A stretch of 32,000 nucleotides of DNA from Candidatus Saccharimonadota bacterium (lineage in GTDB: Bacteria; Bacteroidota; Bacteroidia; Cytophagales; Amoebophilaceae), in NCBI RefSeq assembly GCF_936981045.1, contig NZ_OW441264.1, forward strand, positions 690,001 through 722,000, in the 5' to 3' direction. Numbering within the stretch: position 1 is the first letter of the stretch; every line of letters starts with the position of its first letter. Below the pieces are notes generated by a model that saw nothing but the letters and a program-made list of their open reading frames with translations, ran no database searches and was not told where the DNA came from. A program made the position numbers and the translations under genes. Of the stretch, positions 1 through 10,014 are shown one piece after another.

Positions 1-273
1 CAAGCTCTGTTATCAGTAGAAAAGGTTAGGCTAGAGTTTACCCCAGAGGCAAAACAAGAAATTGCAGCCACTGCTTACCTGCTCAATGCAGAGATAGAAA
101 ATATTGGTGCAAGGCGGTTGCAAACCGTAATGAGCCATCTGTTAACACCCATACTATTTGATGTGCCAGATACCATTGCCCCCTATACAGCCATTACCAT
201 CACCAAAGAAATGGTCCAAGAAGCGCTAGCTGACTTAATAAAACGGAAAAATCTTAGCAGTTATATTTTATAA
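1..273 (+). CDS. hslU: HslU ATPase subunit of the HslUV protease, C-terminal fragment (5' end lies outside the window)
   Basis: Frame 1 is open from the window edge to TAA at 271-273. The translation ...IENIGARRLQTVMSHLL...NLSSYIL matches the conserved HslU C-terminus (GARRL box, ...FIL-type end). It is absent from the ORF track because it has no start. Confidence 0.8.
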   Translation, partial: QALLSVEKVRLEFTPEAKQEIAATAYLLNAEIENIGARRLQTVMSHLLTPILFDVPDTIAPYTAITITKEMVQEALADLIKRKNLSSYIL

Positions 274-405
274 AGGTTCTTTCTGGCCAACGGGTCCTTT
301 TTGCCCATAGATGGCGCAGCGTGTATCATGCCTTTAGAACATATTTTTTATTTTTTGCTTATATTTATGAACTACCAAAATTTAAGATAACAATTCTTAT
401 ACCAC

Positions 406-1707
406 ATGACATTCCTTATTAAGATGATTCAATTTTTGGCAGCTCTATTCATTATAGTTGGCACCCATGAATTGGGTCACTTACTTTTTGCTAAGCTATT
501 TAAAATGCGGGTCAATAGCTACATAATCGGATACCCGCCTAAAATATTTAAAGTGAAATGGGGTGAAACGGAATATGCCTTAGGATCCATTCCTTTAGGT
601 GGAGCCGTGCAGATTGCAGGCATGGTGGATGAGTCATTAGCTGTCGATCATTTGCAAAATGCCCCACAACCTTGGGAGTTTCGTTCAAAGCCAGCTTGGC
701 AGCGGTTCCTCACTATATTAGGGGGTATTATTTTTAACCTGATTAGTGGCATGCTCATATGGATTGGTATAACCTACATGGTGGGGCATAGCTATTTGCC
801 TAAAGATGAAGTAAATAAATATGGCATTGTGCCAAATGCCATAGGTAGCCAAATGGGTTTTAAAACAGGGGATCAAATTATCAAAATCAATGGAAAAAAT
901 TTTGAAGATTTTAATGCGATCTTATCACCCAACCTTTTACTCCGTAATAAAAGTTACTATACCATCAAAAGAGCGGGTAAGCTCTTAGATCTACCCATTC
1001 CAGATAAAGTCATAGAAAGCCTATCAGCGTTAAAAAAAGGGGGGATTGTAACGCCCATTTGTCCTTGTTTGATTCACGCTGTTGCCACAAACAGCAGTGC
1101 TGCGCAAGCAGGCTTAATGGCTGGAGATCAAATTATTGAACTAGGTAGCCTAGCTACCCCTTATCTACATGAATTGGCCCAGGTAGTTGATACTTATTGG
1201 GACAAAACAGTCGAAGTGACCTATTTGCGGAATGGTATAAAAATGTCTACCCACATTCAGATGGACCCCAAAAGATTAGGTATTCAATTGGCCGGGCCTA
1301 AGTATGAGAAACTAAATTATTCATTTATAGAATCTATCCCTGTGGGTCTAGGAAAAGCTTTGGAGTTAATGCAAGGGCAATTTTTAGCCATCTGGAAACT
1401 TATCACAGGCAAACTTAGTTTAAAATCTTTAAGTGGCCCCATTGGCATTGCCCAAAGTTTTGGAGATGAATTTATTGGGTATAGATTCTGGGTACTGGTT
1501 GCCTCTTTATCCATCGCGATTGCCTTAGTCAACTTGCTGCCCATTCCAGCATTAGATGGAGGACATGCCTCATGTATATTATATGAAGCACTATCTGGCA
1601 GAAAGCCTTCCGATAGATTTTTACAAGGCGCCCAAAAATTGGGTATGCTCCTTATACTTTTACTGATGCTTTATGCATTCGGTAATGATATTCGTAAGTT
1701 ATTATAA
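406..1707 (+). CDS. rseP: RIP (site-2) zinc metalloprotease RseP
   Basis: 433-aa ORF. It has N-terminal HELGH, central PDZ-like regions and the C-terminal NLLPIPALDGG motif typical of the M50/RseP family. Confidence 0.9.
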   Translation: MTFLIKMIQFLAALFIIVGTHELGHLLFAKLFKMRVNSYIIGYPPKIFKVKWGETEYALGSIPLGGAVQIAGMVDESLAVDHLQNAPQPWEFRSKPAWQRFLTILGGIIFNLISGMLIWIGITYMVGHSYLPKDEVNKYGIVPNAIGSQMGFKTGDQIIKINGKNFEDFNAILSPNLLLRNKSYYTIKRAGKLLDLPIPDKVIESLSALKKGGIVTPICPCLIHAVATNSSAAQAGLMAGDQIIELGSLATPYLHELAQVVDTYWDKTVEVTYLRNGIKMSTHIQMDPKRLGIQLAGPKYEKLNYSFIESIPVGLGKALELMQGQFLAIWKLITGKLSLKSLSGPIGIAQSFGDEFIGYRFWVLVASLSIAIALVNLLPIPALDGGHASCILYEALSGRKPSDRFLQGAQKLGMLLILLLMLYAFGNDIRKLL

Positions 1708-1804
1708 GTTATAAGCCTACTGTTTTCACTTTTCTGGCATATTATTTGCTTGTATTACCATACAAAGTGATAAAATGATAAACAGGTAAATGTAAACCAA
1801 GCAT

Positions 1805-4282
1805 ATGTACTTCAATAAGTCACTAGCAATGGATGGAAGGCTTACTTCTGCATGGGGTGAGGATGGCATAGGCGGCATGGTGGAGCTGATTGTCTCTGAT
1901 AAAAAAGAACAACTCTCCGACGATAACACCCAAGGTAGAATACCCTTGTTGGCACTTCGTAATACGGTTCTTTTTCCCAATGTTGTAGTACCTATTACTG
2001 TCAAAGAAAGGCAAGCCATGCATTTGATAGAAGCCATACATGAAAGAGATGGCCTATTAGGCATCATTGCACAACGCAACCCAGAAACCTTTGAAGGTAA
2101 GCAAACAGATATTTACCTAATAGGAACATTGGCCAAAATTATTAAAATCATCAATTTACCAAATGATAAAACGATTGCTTTGGTACATGGCAAGCAAAGA
2201 TTTCAAACGATCCAACTCTTTACAGAGTCATTTGGGCTAGAAGCTACCATTCAACTACTTAAAGACCAACCCTATAAAGAGGATAAAAAAGTGCTTGCAC
2301 TGATGCAGTCATTGAAAGATGTTGCGATTAAGATCCTTAGATTTCGATCTGATGTTTCTAGTGAAGCAGAAGCCGCGTTGACCAATATTAAAAGTCTAGA
2401 TTTTCTTACCTACTTTTTAGCTTCTAATTTAAATACAGATATCCACTATAAGCAAAAGCTACTAGAGTTAAGCAATAGCACGAAACGCGCCAACTTACTT
2501 TTAAAGCATCTTTTAAGGGAACTAGAAATTTCAGAGCTTAAAAAAGAGATTCAGGATAAAGCTCACTCTGACATTAGTCAGCAGCAACGAGATTACTACT
2601 TAAGGCAACAGGTAAAAGTCCTACAAGATGAACTAGGCGAAAATGATCTTTCCGACGAAATCGATGCATTACGTGAAAAAGGCAATAAAAAACAATGGCC
2701 TAAGGAAGTAGCAGCTTACTTTAAAAAAGCATTGGAAAAAGCGGAGCGGATGAGTCCCCATAGTCCAGAATATTCCATTAGCATCAACCATGCAGAGCTA
2801 CTCGTAGATCTTCCTTGGGAAACCTATACGAAAGATAACCTAGACCTGAACCGAGCCAAGAAGATTTTTGATGCGGACCACTATGGTATTGAAAAAGTAA
2901 AAGAGCGTCTTTTAGAATATTTAGCTGTTTTACAGCTAAAAAAAAATATGAAAGGGCCTATTTTATGTTTATGTGGTCCTCCTGGGGTAGGCAAAACCTC
3001 CTTGGGTAAGTCTATTGCAAAAGCAATGGGTAGGAAATATGCACGTATTGCACTAGGTGGGTTAAATGATGAAGCTGAGGTACGTGGTCATAGAAAAACC
3101 TATATTGGCGCTATGCCTGGAAAAATTATCTATAACATTCAAAAGAGCGGCGCATCCAATCCTGTTATTGTATTAGATGAAATAGATAAAATAGATGGGA
3201 TGCGTGGAGATCCCGCCTCTGCCCTACTAGAAGTCCTAGATCCAGAGCAAAACAATGCTTTTGTTGATAATTTTTTAGAGGTGCCATACGATCTTTCTAA
3301 TATTTTGTTTGTAGCCACTGCCAACGCGATGGACCGTATTCCAGCTCCTTTACAAGACAGAATGGAGGTTATTGAAGTGAGTGGCTATCTTCTAGAAGAA
3401 AAGATAGAAATTGCAAAAAAATATCTTTTCCAGAAACAAAGAAAAGAACATGGCCTTAAAGCTACTGATTTAATAATACAAGATGATGCTTTGTCCACTA
3501 TTATAGCAAGTTATACGCGGGAATCTGGTGTACGTGAACTATCGCGTCAATTGGCCAATATTTGCAGAAAGACTGCTAAATCCATTGCTTTAGGCAAAGC
3601 TTACACTAAAAAACTCAAACAATCAGATATTATTACTTTACTCGGTTCAGAACCATTTGATCAAACACCCTACCAAACCACGCCCCTGCCTGGTGTTTCA
3701 GTTGGCTTAGCCTGGACGGCTGCTGGTGGTGAAATTCTCTTTATAGAATCTGTGTTGAGTAAGGGAAAAGGAAAGGTTAATTTGTCTGGTCACTTAGGAG
3801 AAGTGATGAAAGAATCTGCCATGACAGCGCTTTCTTACCTAAAAGCAAATGACCAATACCTTGATGTAGCACATAGTGTATTTGAAAATTATGATTTGCA
3901 CATTCATGTGCCCTCTGGCGCAGTTCCTAAGGATGGTCCTTCTGCAGGGATTACCCTTTTTACCTCATTAGCCTCCCTCTATACGCAAAAAAAGGTAAAA
4001 GACCGCTTAGCTATGACAGGAGAAATTACCTTACGGGGGGAAGTACTGCCCGTAGGTGGCATTAAAGAAAAAATTCTGGCCGCAAAACGTGTGGGCATAA
4101 AAGAGATTATACTGAGTAGCAAGAACAAAAAAGATGTGCAAGAGATTAAAGAAATCTACCGTGAAAATTTAATCATTCATTATGTAGATTCTGTAGATCA
4201 AGTTTATCGGTTGGCGCTGCAAGAACATAAAATACCTGATCCAAAGGTCTGGGATGGCAGTGACACAATAGCAAGTAAATAA
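1805..4282 (+). CDS. lon: ATP-dependent Lon protease
   Basis: 825-aa ORF. It has Walker [10 protein letters not shown], the catalytic-Ser context [10 protein letters not shown] and the [12 protein letters not shown] Lys motif. The start is uncertain; alternative ATGs lie at 1829 and 1877. Confidence 0.95.
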   Translation: MYFNKSLAMDGRLTSAWGEDGIGGMVELIVSDKKEQLSDDNTQGRIPLLALRNTVLFPNVVVPITVKERQAMHLIEAIHERDGLLGIIAQRNPETFEGKQTDIYLIGTLAKIIKIINLPNDKTIALVHGKQRFQTIQLFTESFGLEATIQLLKDQPYKEDKKVLALMQSLKDVAIKILRFRSDVSSEAEAALTNIKSLDFLTYFLASNLNTDIHYKQKLLELSNSTKRANLLLKHLLRELEISELKKEIQDKAHSDISQQQRDYYLRQQVKVLQDELGENDLSDEIDALREKGNKKQWPKEVAAYFKKALEKAERMSPHSPEYSISINHAELLVDLPWETYTKDNLDLNRAKKIFDADHYGIEKVKERLLEYLAVLQLKKNMKGPILCLCGPPGVGKTSLGKSIAKAMGRKYARIALGGLNDEAEVRGHRKTYIGAMPGKIIYNIQKSGASNPVIVLDEIDKIDGMRGDPASALLEVLDPEQNNAFVDNFLEVPYDLSNILFVATANAMDRIPAPLQDRMEVIEVSGYLLEEKIEIAKKYLFQKQRKEHGLKATDLIIQDDALSTIIASYTRESGVRELSRQLANICRKTAKSIALGKAYTKKLKQSDIITLLGSEPFDQTPYQTTPLPGVSVGLAWTAAGGEILFIESVLSKGKGKVNLSGHLGEVMKESAMTALSYLKANDQYLDVAHSVFENYDLHIHVPSGAVPKDGPSAGITLFTSLASLYTQKKVKDRLAMTGEITLRGEVLPVGGIKEKILAAKRVGIKEIILSSKNKKDVQEIKEIYRENLIIHYVDSVDQVYRLALQEHKIPDPKVWDGSDTIASK

Positions 4283-4488
4283 AGTAAGATATACATTTAC
4301 CACTGACTTGAACAGATACTAGCGCAGACGCGCAAAAAGCGTTTATTTGCTGAAAGTGCCCACCTAAAGATATAAAATCAACATCCACCCTGCAGATCCA
4401 ATTAAGAGGAGTGCTTCAGGGCCAGTAGTAGCCTGGCTTACTACCAGGGAAAAAGACATTAAAAAAGCTCTTTTGTACTTTAAATTAA

Positions 4489-4726
4489 CCTGAGTTCGGG
4501 ATTAGATTATTTTTTCATTTGATAATCAATATCAATGAAAATTTATAAAATTTGTTTTATAGACAGTTAAATAGGTAGTTGAATAACAAATAATTCTGGT
4601 AATCAGTTTATTATATATATTATATTTATAAAATTAGATATAAAAACTTGTTAAATAGGTGCAAATATTAATTAAATAATTGATATTAAATTGTTGTAAA
4701 TCAGTCAAATAAATCCCGAACTCATG
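4489..4726 (+). mobile_element. 238-bp MITE, copy 1 (IS982-type terminal inverted repeats)
   Basis: The ends are cctgagttcgggattag... and ...aaatcccgaactcatg. The interior is AT-rich and non-coding. A perfect TTAA direct repeat flanks it (4485-4488 and 4727-4730). It differs from copy 3 at 3 positions. Confidence 0.85.
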
Positions 4727-4984
4727 TTAAATTAGGAAACAAACAAGAACAAAGTACCATAGAAATTGCTAAGGTCTTAGATGTATGCAACAGGTTAAAA
4801 ATTTCAAGAAAGATCAGCATAATTTGATCAAAAATTATTAGATTCATAGAGTAGAAAGGTAAGCAGGAGCCAACCTTACTGAAGGCCCAGCATTTGGGTA
4901 TTATCTTTAGTTAGTACCAGGAACCATAATAGACATTTTATGGGAAAATAAAACCACCTAATAAGTCTAAATAGGTATTATGCC

Positions 4985-5191
4985 ATGAATCGATTTGAAG
5001 AATTAAAAACATTAGTACTTTCATTAGAAGATGAGTTTCATAAATTCTACGAGAAAGACAATAAAGCAGCTGGAACAAGGGTTCGTAAAGGTATGCAAAC
5101 GTTAAAAAAAATTGCACAAGAAATTCGAGGGAATGTATCGGTATACAAAGCGTCTATGGGGGGGCTAAAGCGTCCAGGCAAACAATCCTAA
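4985..5191 (+). CDS. Histone H1-like (Hc1-type) basic DNA-binding protein
   Basis: 68-aa Lys/Arg-rich ORF. The pattern F.ELK.L...LE.E...FY.K.NKAAGTR.RKG.Q.LK..AQEIR recalls the Bacteroidota/Chlamydia histone H1-like family. Confidence 0.65.
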   Translation: MNRFEELKTLVLSLEDEFHKFYEKDNKAAGTRVRKGMQTLKKIAQEIRGNVSVYKASMGGLKRPGKQS

Positions 5192-5275
5192 CGAGCAATT
5201 CTAAACGCTTATATCTTTTTTCTTGATAAGAAAGCAGCCCAAATATCAAGCTCTATAGAAGGATTCCCAAAATTT

Positions 5276-5507
5276 TGTTCTGTCGCGTCTACATTTTCGT
5301 TAGTAACGTCTTTTCTTTTAAGTGAAGTTTTGGATATATATTGGTTATTATTCGGCCATTAGCATAACAAAATTCTCAAAAGTAGAAAGATGATTTTTAG
5401 CTCCGATTACTTGTCCTTTTTGAATCATAGGAGTGTTTTCTATCCCTGCAATGGTCTAGAGTAAAGAAATGGTTGGACCACTTAAAATTAAGCATATCTA
5501 TTGCTTC
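5276..5507 (-). mobile_element. IS6-family element, 3'-terminal fragment (transposase C-terminus plus terminal IR)
   Basis: Near-identical to 10332-10561. The minus strand reads ...TIAGIENTPMIQKGQVIG...MLMAE*, an IS6 transposase C-terminus. The outer end (g)gttctgtcgcg resembles the IS26/IS257-type IR GGTTCTGTTGC. Confidence 0.7.
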
Positions 5508-5545
5508 GGATCTGTCCACTTAAGTGTGTAAATTATTTTTTGGTT

Positions 5546-6717
5546 TTATTCAATTCTGTTTTCAAATTTAATTAAAAAATGTGCCATAGTCTCGCTCCAG
5601 TTATGAATAGAGGTGGTCCATTTTTTAGTCATGTAGTTAATAGTTAGATATAATGTTTTAAAAACAGCTAGATCGTTAGGGAACACTTTTTTATTTTTGG
5701 TAACTCTACGAAATTGGCTATTTACAGATTCCAAACATTTGTTGTGTAAATGACCTTACGTATGGCATTAGGGTACTGTAAAAATACCATCAGATTATCC
5801 CAGTTAGCATACTAAGATTGGGCTATTTGTGGGTATTGTTGATTCCACTTAGTAGCAAAAGCTTCTAAGGCCATCAATGCTTCTTGCTCGGTAACTGCTG
5901 TATAAATTGGTTTTAAATCAGCAACTAATACCTTTCTATGTTTATAAGAAACATACTGCAAACTACCCCTAATTGCATGAACAATACAGAGCTGATGTTC
6001 CGTTTTTGGGTATACAGCAGCAATGGCCTCAGACATGCCTGACAAATTATCTGTACATGCAATGAGCATATCGTTCATACCCCGATTTTTGAGTTCTGTT
6101 AAATTGCCTAACCAAAATTTAGCCCCTTCATTTTCACTCATCCAAAGCCCTAAAACATCCTTTATGCTAGATCTATCTATACCTAAAGCAACATAGACTG
6201 CCTTGTTGATGATGCACTTATCTTGTCTAACTTTAACTACAAAGCAATCAAAAAAAACAATAGAATAGACTGATTCTAAGGGATGATTTTGCCATATCTT
6301 AACATCTTCAATAACAGAGTCTGTGATGTTACTTATCAGGCTTTCACTTACTTCTGCGCCATATAATTCCTGTATTTGAATCTGAATATCTGACAGACTC
6401 ATACCTTTAGCATGTAAAGATAAGATCTTATCATCCAAACTAGGAATTCTTGTTTGACGATTAGGCAATAAAATAGGTTCAAAAGTCGATGCTCTATCTC
6501 TGGGTACTTCAACCGATATAACGCCATTATCAGTAATAACTTGCTTACTGGATAATCTATTACGTACATTCTCTGAATCACTACGTGCATACTTATTATA
6601 ACCTAAATGGTCATCCATTTCTGACTGTAATGCTTTTTCTACAAGACGCTTACTTAATTGTTTGAGTAAGCCGTCTTGATCAAAAAGTCTGGAAAGGTCT
6701 ACACCTGATTCTATCAA
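5546..6717 (-). pseudogene. IS256-family (mutator-type) transposase, broken
   Basis: The 301-aa ORF (LLKQLSKRLVEKALQSEMDDHLGY..., ACTDNLSGMSEAI, CIVHAIR) and the 62-aa C-terminal ORF (5546-5734) are in different frames. The N-terminus is severed at 6718 by the IS982 insertion. Confidence 0.85.
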
Positions 6718-7640
6718 CCTCAGTTCGGGATTAGACGTATTGTGAACCAGTCATATATATATTAGTTATAGAAGGTTTTTTCTCTTTTAGTGCATAAGCT
6801 GTAATTCCAGCTATCAAATTGACTAGAAAATTAGGTATGCTTCTATGCCTGGAATGTTCTATCTGGCTAATATTTTTGAGCTGATCTATAATAGTTTCAA
6901 TTATAGATCGTTTTCTAAGCATCAGTTTATCCCAGAGTGGCATAAAAGCATTTTTCATATTTTTTCTGATTTGGGTAATGAGTTCCACGCCTTTCTCGAT
7001 CAGTTTTTTAAATAAATCTTTGCTTATGTAACCTTTATCGGCAAACATTTTACCCATCAAGTGTTTACATAAATTTTCTACAGGAAGCCTATCATTAGTT
7101 TTACCTGTGGTCAGTTGAAAATTCATAATTTCTCCTAAATCATTGACTATCAAGTGCAACTTTAATCCAAAAAACCAACCGATGCTGGTTTTACCTTTAG
7201 TAGCAATCGATTTAAAAACCCTGTGCGTATAGGCTCTTTTGATATGGCAAACCTTGATGGCTGTTGCATCCATAAAATAACAATCTGTTTTTGTTTTAGC
7301 AAGACTTTGTGTAAAACAGTACAAGGGAACTAACGTTCTTTGGATCAGTTCTATAAATCTATTCTAGCTTACTAACTTTCCAAATTTACTAGAATGAAAT
7401 TGCTGTAAATGAATATAATAAGACTTAAAATTTCTAAAACCAATCACATGAAAGGCAATAAGAACAGTCATTATTTCACTCAAAGTTAATGAACAAGTTC
7501 TAGTGGGTTTTCTTTTAGAGTTGGTTAACAGTTGTTTTTCCATATACGGCATAAACTTTATGAGAAATTCATCAACAGTATAATATATTTCAACTAATTT
7601 TTCTACATTCATAACTGGCTCCTTTGGATAATCTGGTTAA
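6718..7640 (-). mobile_element. IS982-family insertion sequence; its 5'-proximal end is replaced by a MITE
   Basis: The left TIR cctcagttcgggattag lies at 6718. The body matches the IS982 fragment at 20845-21037 up to ...ggataatctggtta, where MITE copy 2 begins. The authentic far end is seen only in the 21037 copy. Confidence 0.8.
6731..7612 (-). pseudogene. IS982-family DDE transposase with a single in-frame TAG
   Basis: The 82-aa and 197-aa ORFs share one frame and are separated only by TAG at 7364-7366 (...FGKLVS*NRFIELIQ...). Motifs ...FRNFKSYY..., GWFFGLKLHL, FADKGYIS and LRKRSIIETI..QLKNISQIEHSRHRS are typical of IS982 transposases. Confidence 0.85.
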
Positions 7641-7878
7641 CGTGAGTTCGGGATTTATTTGACTGATTTACAAAAATTTAATATCAATTATTTAGTTAAT
7701 ATTTGCACCTATTTAACAAGTTTTTATATCTAATTTTATAAATATAATATATACAATAAACTGATTATCAGAATTATTTGTTATTCAACTACCTATTTAA
7801 CCGTCTATAAAACAAATTTTATTAATTTTTATTAATATTGATTATCAAATGAAAAAATAATATAATCTCGAACTCACG
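7641..7878 (-). mobile_element. 238-bp MITE, copy 2 (inverted relative to copy 1)
   Basis: It runs from cgtgagttcgggatttatttgac... to ...aatctcgaactcacg and is about 95% identical to the other copies. Flanks are TTAA (7637-7640) and TTAC (7879-7882). Confidence 0.85.
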
Positions 7879-7987
7879 TTACTAAGCAAATAATTACTCA
7901 TATTTTGCCTTAAGTTGACACCATTGAGCGTGCATTTACGAACGATTTTGCCTAGTACCCTATTTACACAAAATGGTTTACAGGCTC

Positions 7988-8035
7988 TAGAGGTTGTTAC
8001 AACTTGATCGGACAATCAAGTTGTAACAACCTCTA
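7988..8035. repeat. Perfect 21-bp-stem inverted repeat with a 6-nt loop; possible terminator for the 8055-8834 gene
   Basis: tagaggttgttacaacttgat-cggaca-atcaagttgtaacaacctcta, read directly. It lies 20 bp downstream of the minus-strand stop at 8055 and abuts the putative IS256 #1 end. No clear U-tract follows. Confidence 0.9.
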
Positions 8036-8054
8036 CGAATCACACAACTAAATA

Positions 8055-8834
8055 CTATTTAGTTAACTCGGAGTATTCTTCTTCTTCAGAATCTCCTTCT
8101 TCTGTTTTTATTTCATAAGCTTCAAAGAACTTATCCAAAAATTCCAAGAAATTTTTAGCAAATATCTTAGACTTACCATAACGATCCATAGAGTATATAA
8201 GCCATTTCTTATTTTTTTTATATTTTATATAATATTGATCTCCTTGATCTATTTCAGCTATTAACCAGCAGGATTTTACTTCTTCTTCTGTCATTCTATT
8301 CATCTTACAACGATTCTCAAATCCAAGTTGTTTTAATGATATATATTCAGTCTTCATTTTGCTATCAATAGTACCTTCAATAGGTCCACATATCTCAAAT
8401 CCTTCTCCATATATGCATCCATATTTATTTAAAAATTCATTGTACTCTTTGTCTATATTGGGTATGTCTATACTCTTATCTAATTTTTTAATTATCTTAT
8501 TTATTTCGCTATCAGATACAGATGTTCCTTGTTTAAATTTTTTTTTAGTCTTAGGTAATTCTTCTTTGATCCTTTTAGCTATAGGTGATCCTTCTTTAGA
8601 ACCTTCCTCATCCAAGAACTTTTTTATCTTTTCATCTAGCTGTGTATTAATATCACCTTCACCCACACTAGGCATAGATGCTATCTTAGAACCAGATGGA
8701 CGATCTGAATCACCACTTCCTTTTTCCATTTGATAACGACAACTTGATGAACAACCTAAGTGTATTATACATATGAATAATAAAAGGTATATATTTCTTG
8801 CACTTAGAATAAGATGAATTGCTTTAGAGTTCAT
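8055..8834 (-). CDS. Lipoprotein-signal protein with a SUKH/SMI1-KNR4-like C-terminal domain (tentative)
   Basis: 259-aa ORF with an N-terminal hydrophobic segment ending in the lipobox-like HLGCSS. The linker is Lys/Glu-rich. The C-terminal ~120 aa (YNEFLNKYG..YGEGFEICG ... WLIAEIDQGDQYYI ... FAKNFLEFLDKFF) follows the SMI1/KNR4 pattern. Confidence 0.7.
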   Translation of the reverse strand: MNSKAIHLILSARNIYLLLFICIIHLGCSSSCRYQMEKGSGDSDRPSGSKIASMPSVGEGDINTQLDEKIKKFLDEEGSKEGSPIAKRIKEELPKTKKKFKQGTSVSDSEINKIIKKLDKSIDIPNIDKEYNEFLNKYGCIYGEGFEICGPIEGTIDSKMKTEYISLKQLGFENRCKMNRMTEEEVKSCWLIAEIDQGDQYYIKYKKNKKWLIYSMDRYGKSKIFAKNFLEFLDKFFEAYEIKTEEGDSEEEEYSELTK

Positions 8835-8946
8835 AATATAATTAATTATTTAATTTGGTTGTTTGTCTGTATGTAATCTATTTTTTCTTCGATTTGTAAA
8901 GTTGAAATGTATCCCTGATCTACTCATGTAATGTCATATAATATCA

Positions 8947-9675
8947 TTAGTCATGGCCAAGATTGGCCCTTCTTGTCCAGTGAGAACGAGCGTCCCTAAT
9001 TACTCCTTCTTGAGGAGGATTTACTAGATTATCTATAAGTAAGGTTTTTTGTTGATGTAAAGCTTGTGGCAGCTCAATCACAATATCATTATTTTTAAGA
9101 AGATGATCTATTTCTACACTTTCCAATACGCCATTGTATAGAACATCGGGTGCTCTCCCTTCTCTTGCCCTATGCAAATTACCTGCTGGAGCGTTTGCTG
9201 AGAATAAAAGATTCCTTAGCCTAAACTCTAATACTTGTCTTTGTATCCCAGTCCTTCTATTTGTTATGTTCACTTGTCTACAGTTCCAAACTAAATTTTG
9301 AGCATCAACATTATTTGGGTTTTGAAAAAAAGCGAGCCTATTTTGCAAAGGAATGTTGTTTTGTCTATGAGTAAGAGAATGATGAAATACAAACATAAAA
9401 TGCTTTCTTATGTCATTATGATTAGGATCTACACCTCCTACAAATCCACTCTGTTCTAATAAATCAATTTTATCAACTAATTCCCGGATCAATGGCTCAT
9501 TTGCTTGTTGTGCTTGTCCTAATAGATCCTGACTTGTAATAGGAGTTATATTCGACTTGTTCCGCCCAATAGAGCTGCAAGATTGTAAGGAAAAACTAAA
9601 AAACCATAATAATAATACAGTTAATGAAATGAATGCATATTTTTTGTTCCCATATATCTTTATCATACTTACCAT
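8947..9675 (-). CDS. Secreted or lipoprotein-signal protein of unknown function
   Basis: 242-aa ORF with a signal-like N-terminus ending in LQSCSS. I recognise no family. It is His-rich in places (FVFHHSLTH). It lies immediately upstream of, and co-oriented with, the SUKH-like gene. Confidence 0.65.
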   Translation of the reverse strand: MVSMIKIYGNKKYAFISLTVLLLWFFSFSLQSCSSIGRNKSNITPITSQDLLGQAQQANEPLIRELVDKIDLLEQSGFVGGVDPNHNDIRKHFMFVFHHSLTHRQNNIPLQNRLAFFQNPNNVDAQNLVWNCRQVNITNRRTGIQRQVLEFRLRNLLFSANAPAGNLHRAREGRAPDVLYNGVLESVEIDHLLKNNDIVIELPQALHQQKTLLIDNLVNPPQEGVIRDARSHWTRRANLGHD

Positions 9676-10014
9676 AAGCCAAACTTAAATTCAGAATATT
9701 AATAGCACCTTGAATAATTCAATTCAATAAGTGTACAAAAGATTAATAAAATCTACAAATAATTATAGTCATACAACTTAATTGTTAAGTTAATATATAT
9801 CTATATGTCTCATATTCAATATTATAATTTATTTAGGTTTATCATTCATGGTATTTAACACTGGAAATAAAATTCTTAAGGGAAAATGTTTATTTAGGTT
9901 ATAGTCTAATGACATACTATAAACTTACCTAAAACGTGTGCCATTAAAGTCTATTTTTTAATATATTCACGCATTTTCAGTAGCGTCTTAGACGCTAAAT
10001 TTACATTCCTAAAG

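Larger units (their letters stand above)
5508..7987 (-). mobile_element. IS256-family element #1, carrying a nested IS982 and MITE
   Basis: The left end ggatctgtccacttaagtgtgtaaa is about 68% identical to the TIR of IS256 #2. A weaker inverted match (tatttacacaaaatggtttacag) lies at about 7961-7983. A MSNYLLS start codon region at about 7890-7910 fits the missing transposase N-terminus. The right boundary is approximate. Confidence 0.5.

Noticed and set aside
1726-2079. Minus-strand ORFs antisense to coding genes: 1726-2079 and 1823-2041 (lon start), 1317-1544 (rseP), 3139-3324, 8359-8733, 13013-13832, 14965-15189, 17864-18615, 23073-23279, 23756-23941, 24661-25098, 25776-25958, 29558-30249, 30410-31163
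   Set aside because: Each lies wholly within, and antisense to or out of frame with, a long ORF that has strong family signatures. None has a recognisable motif.
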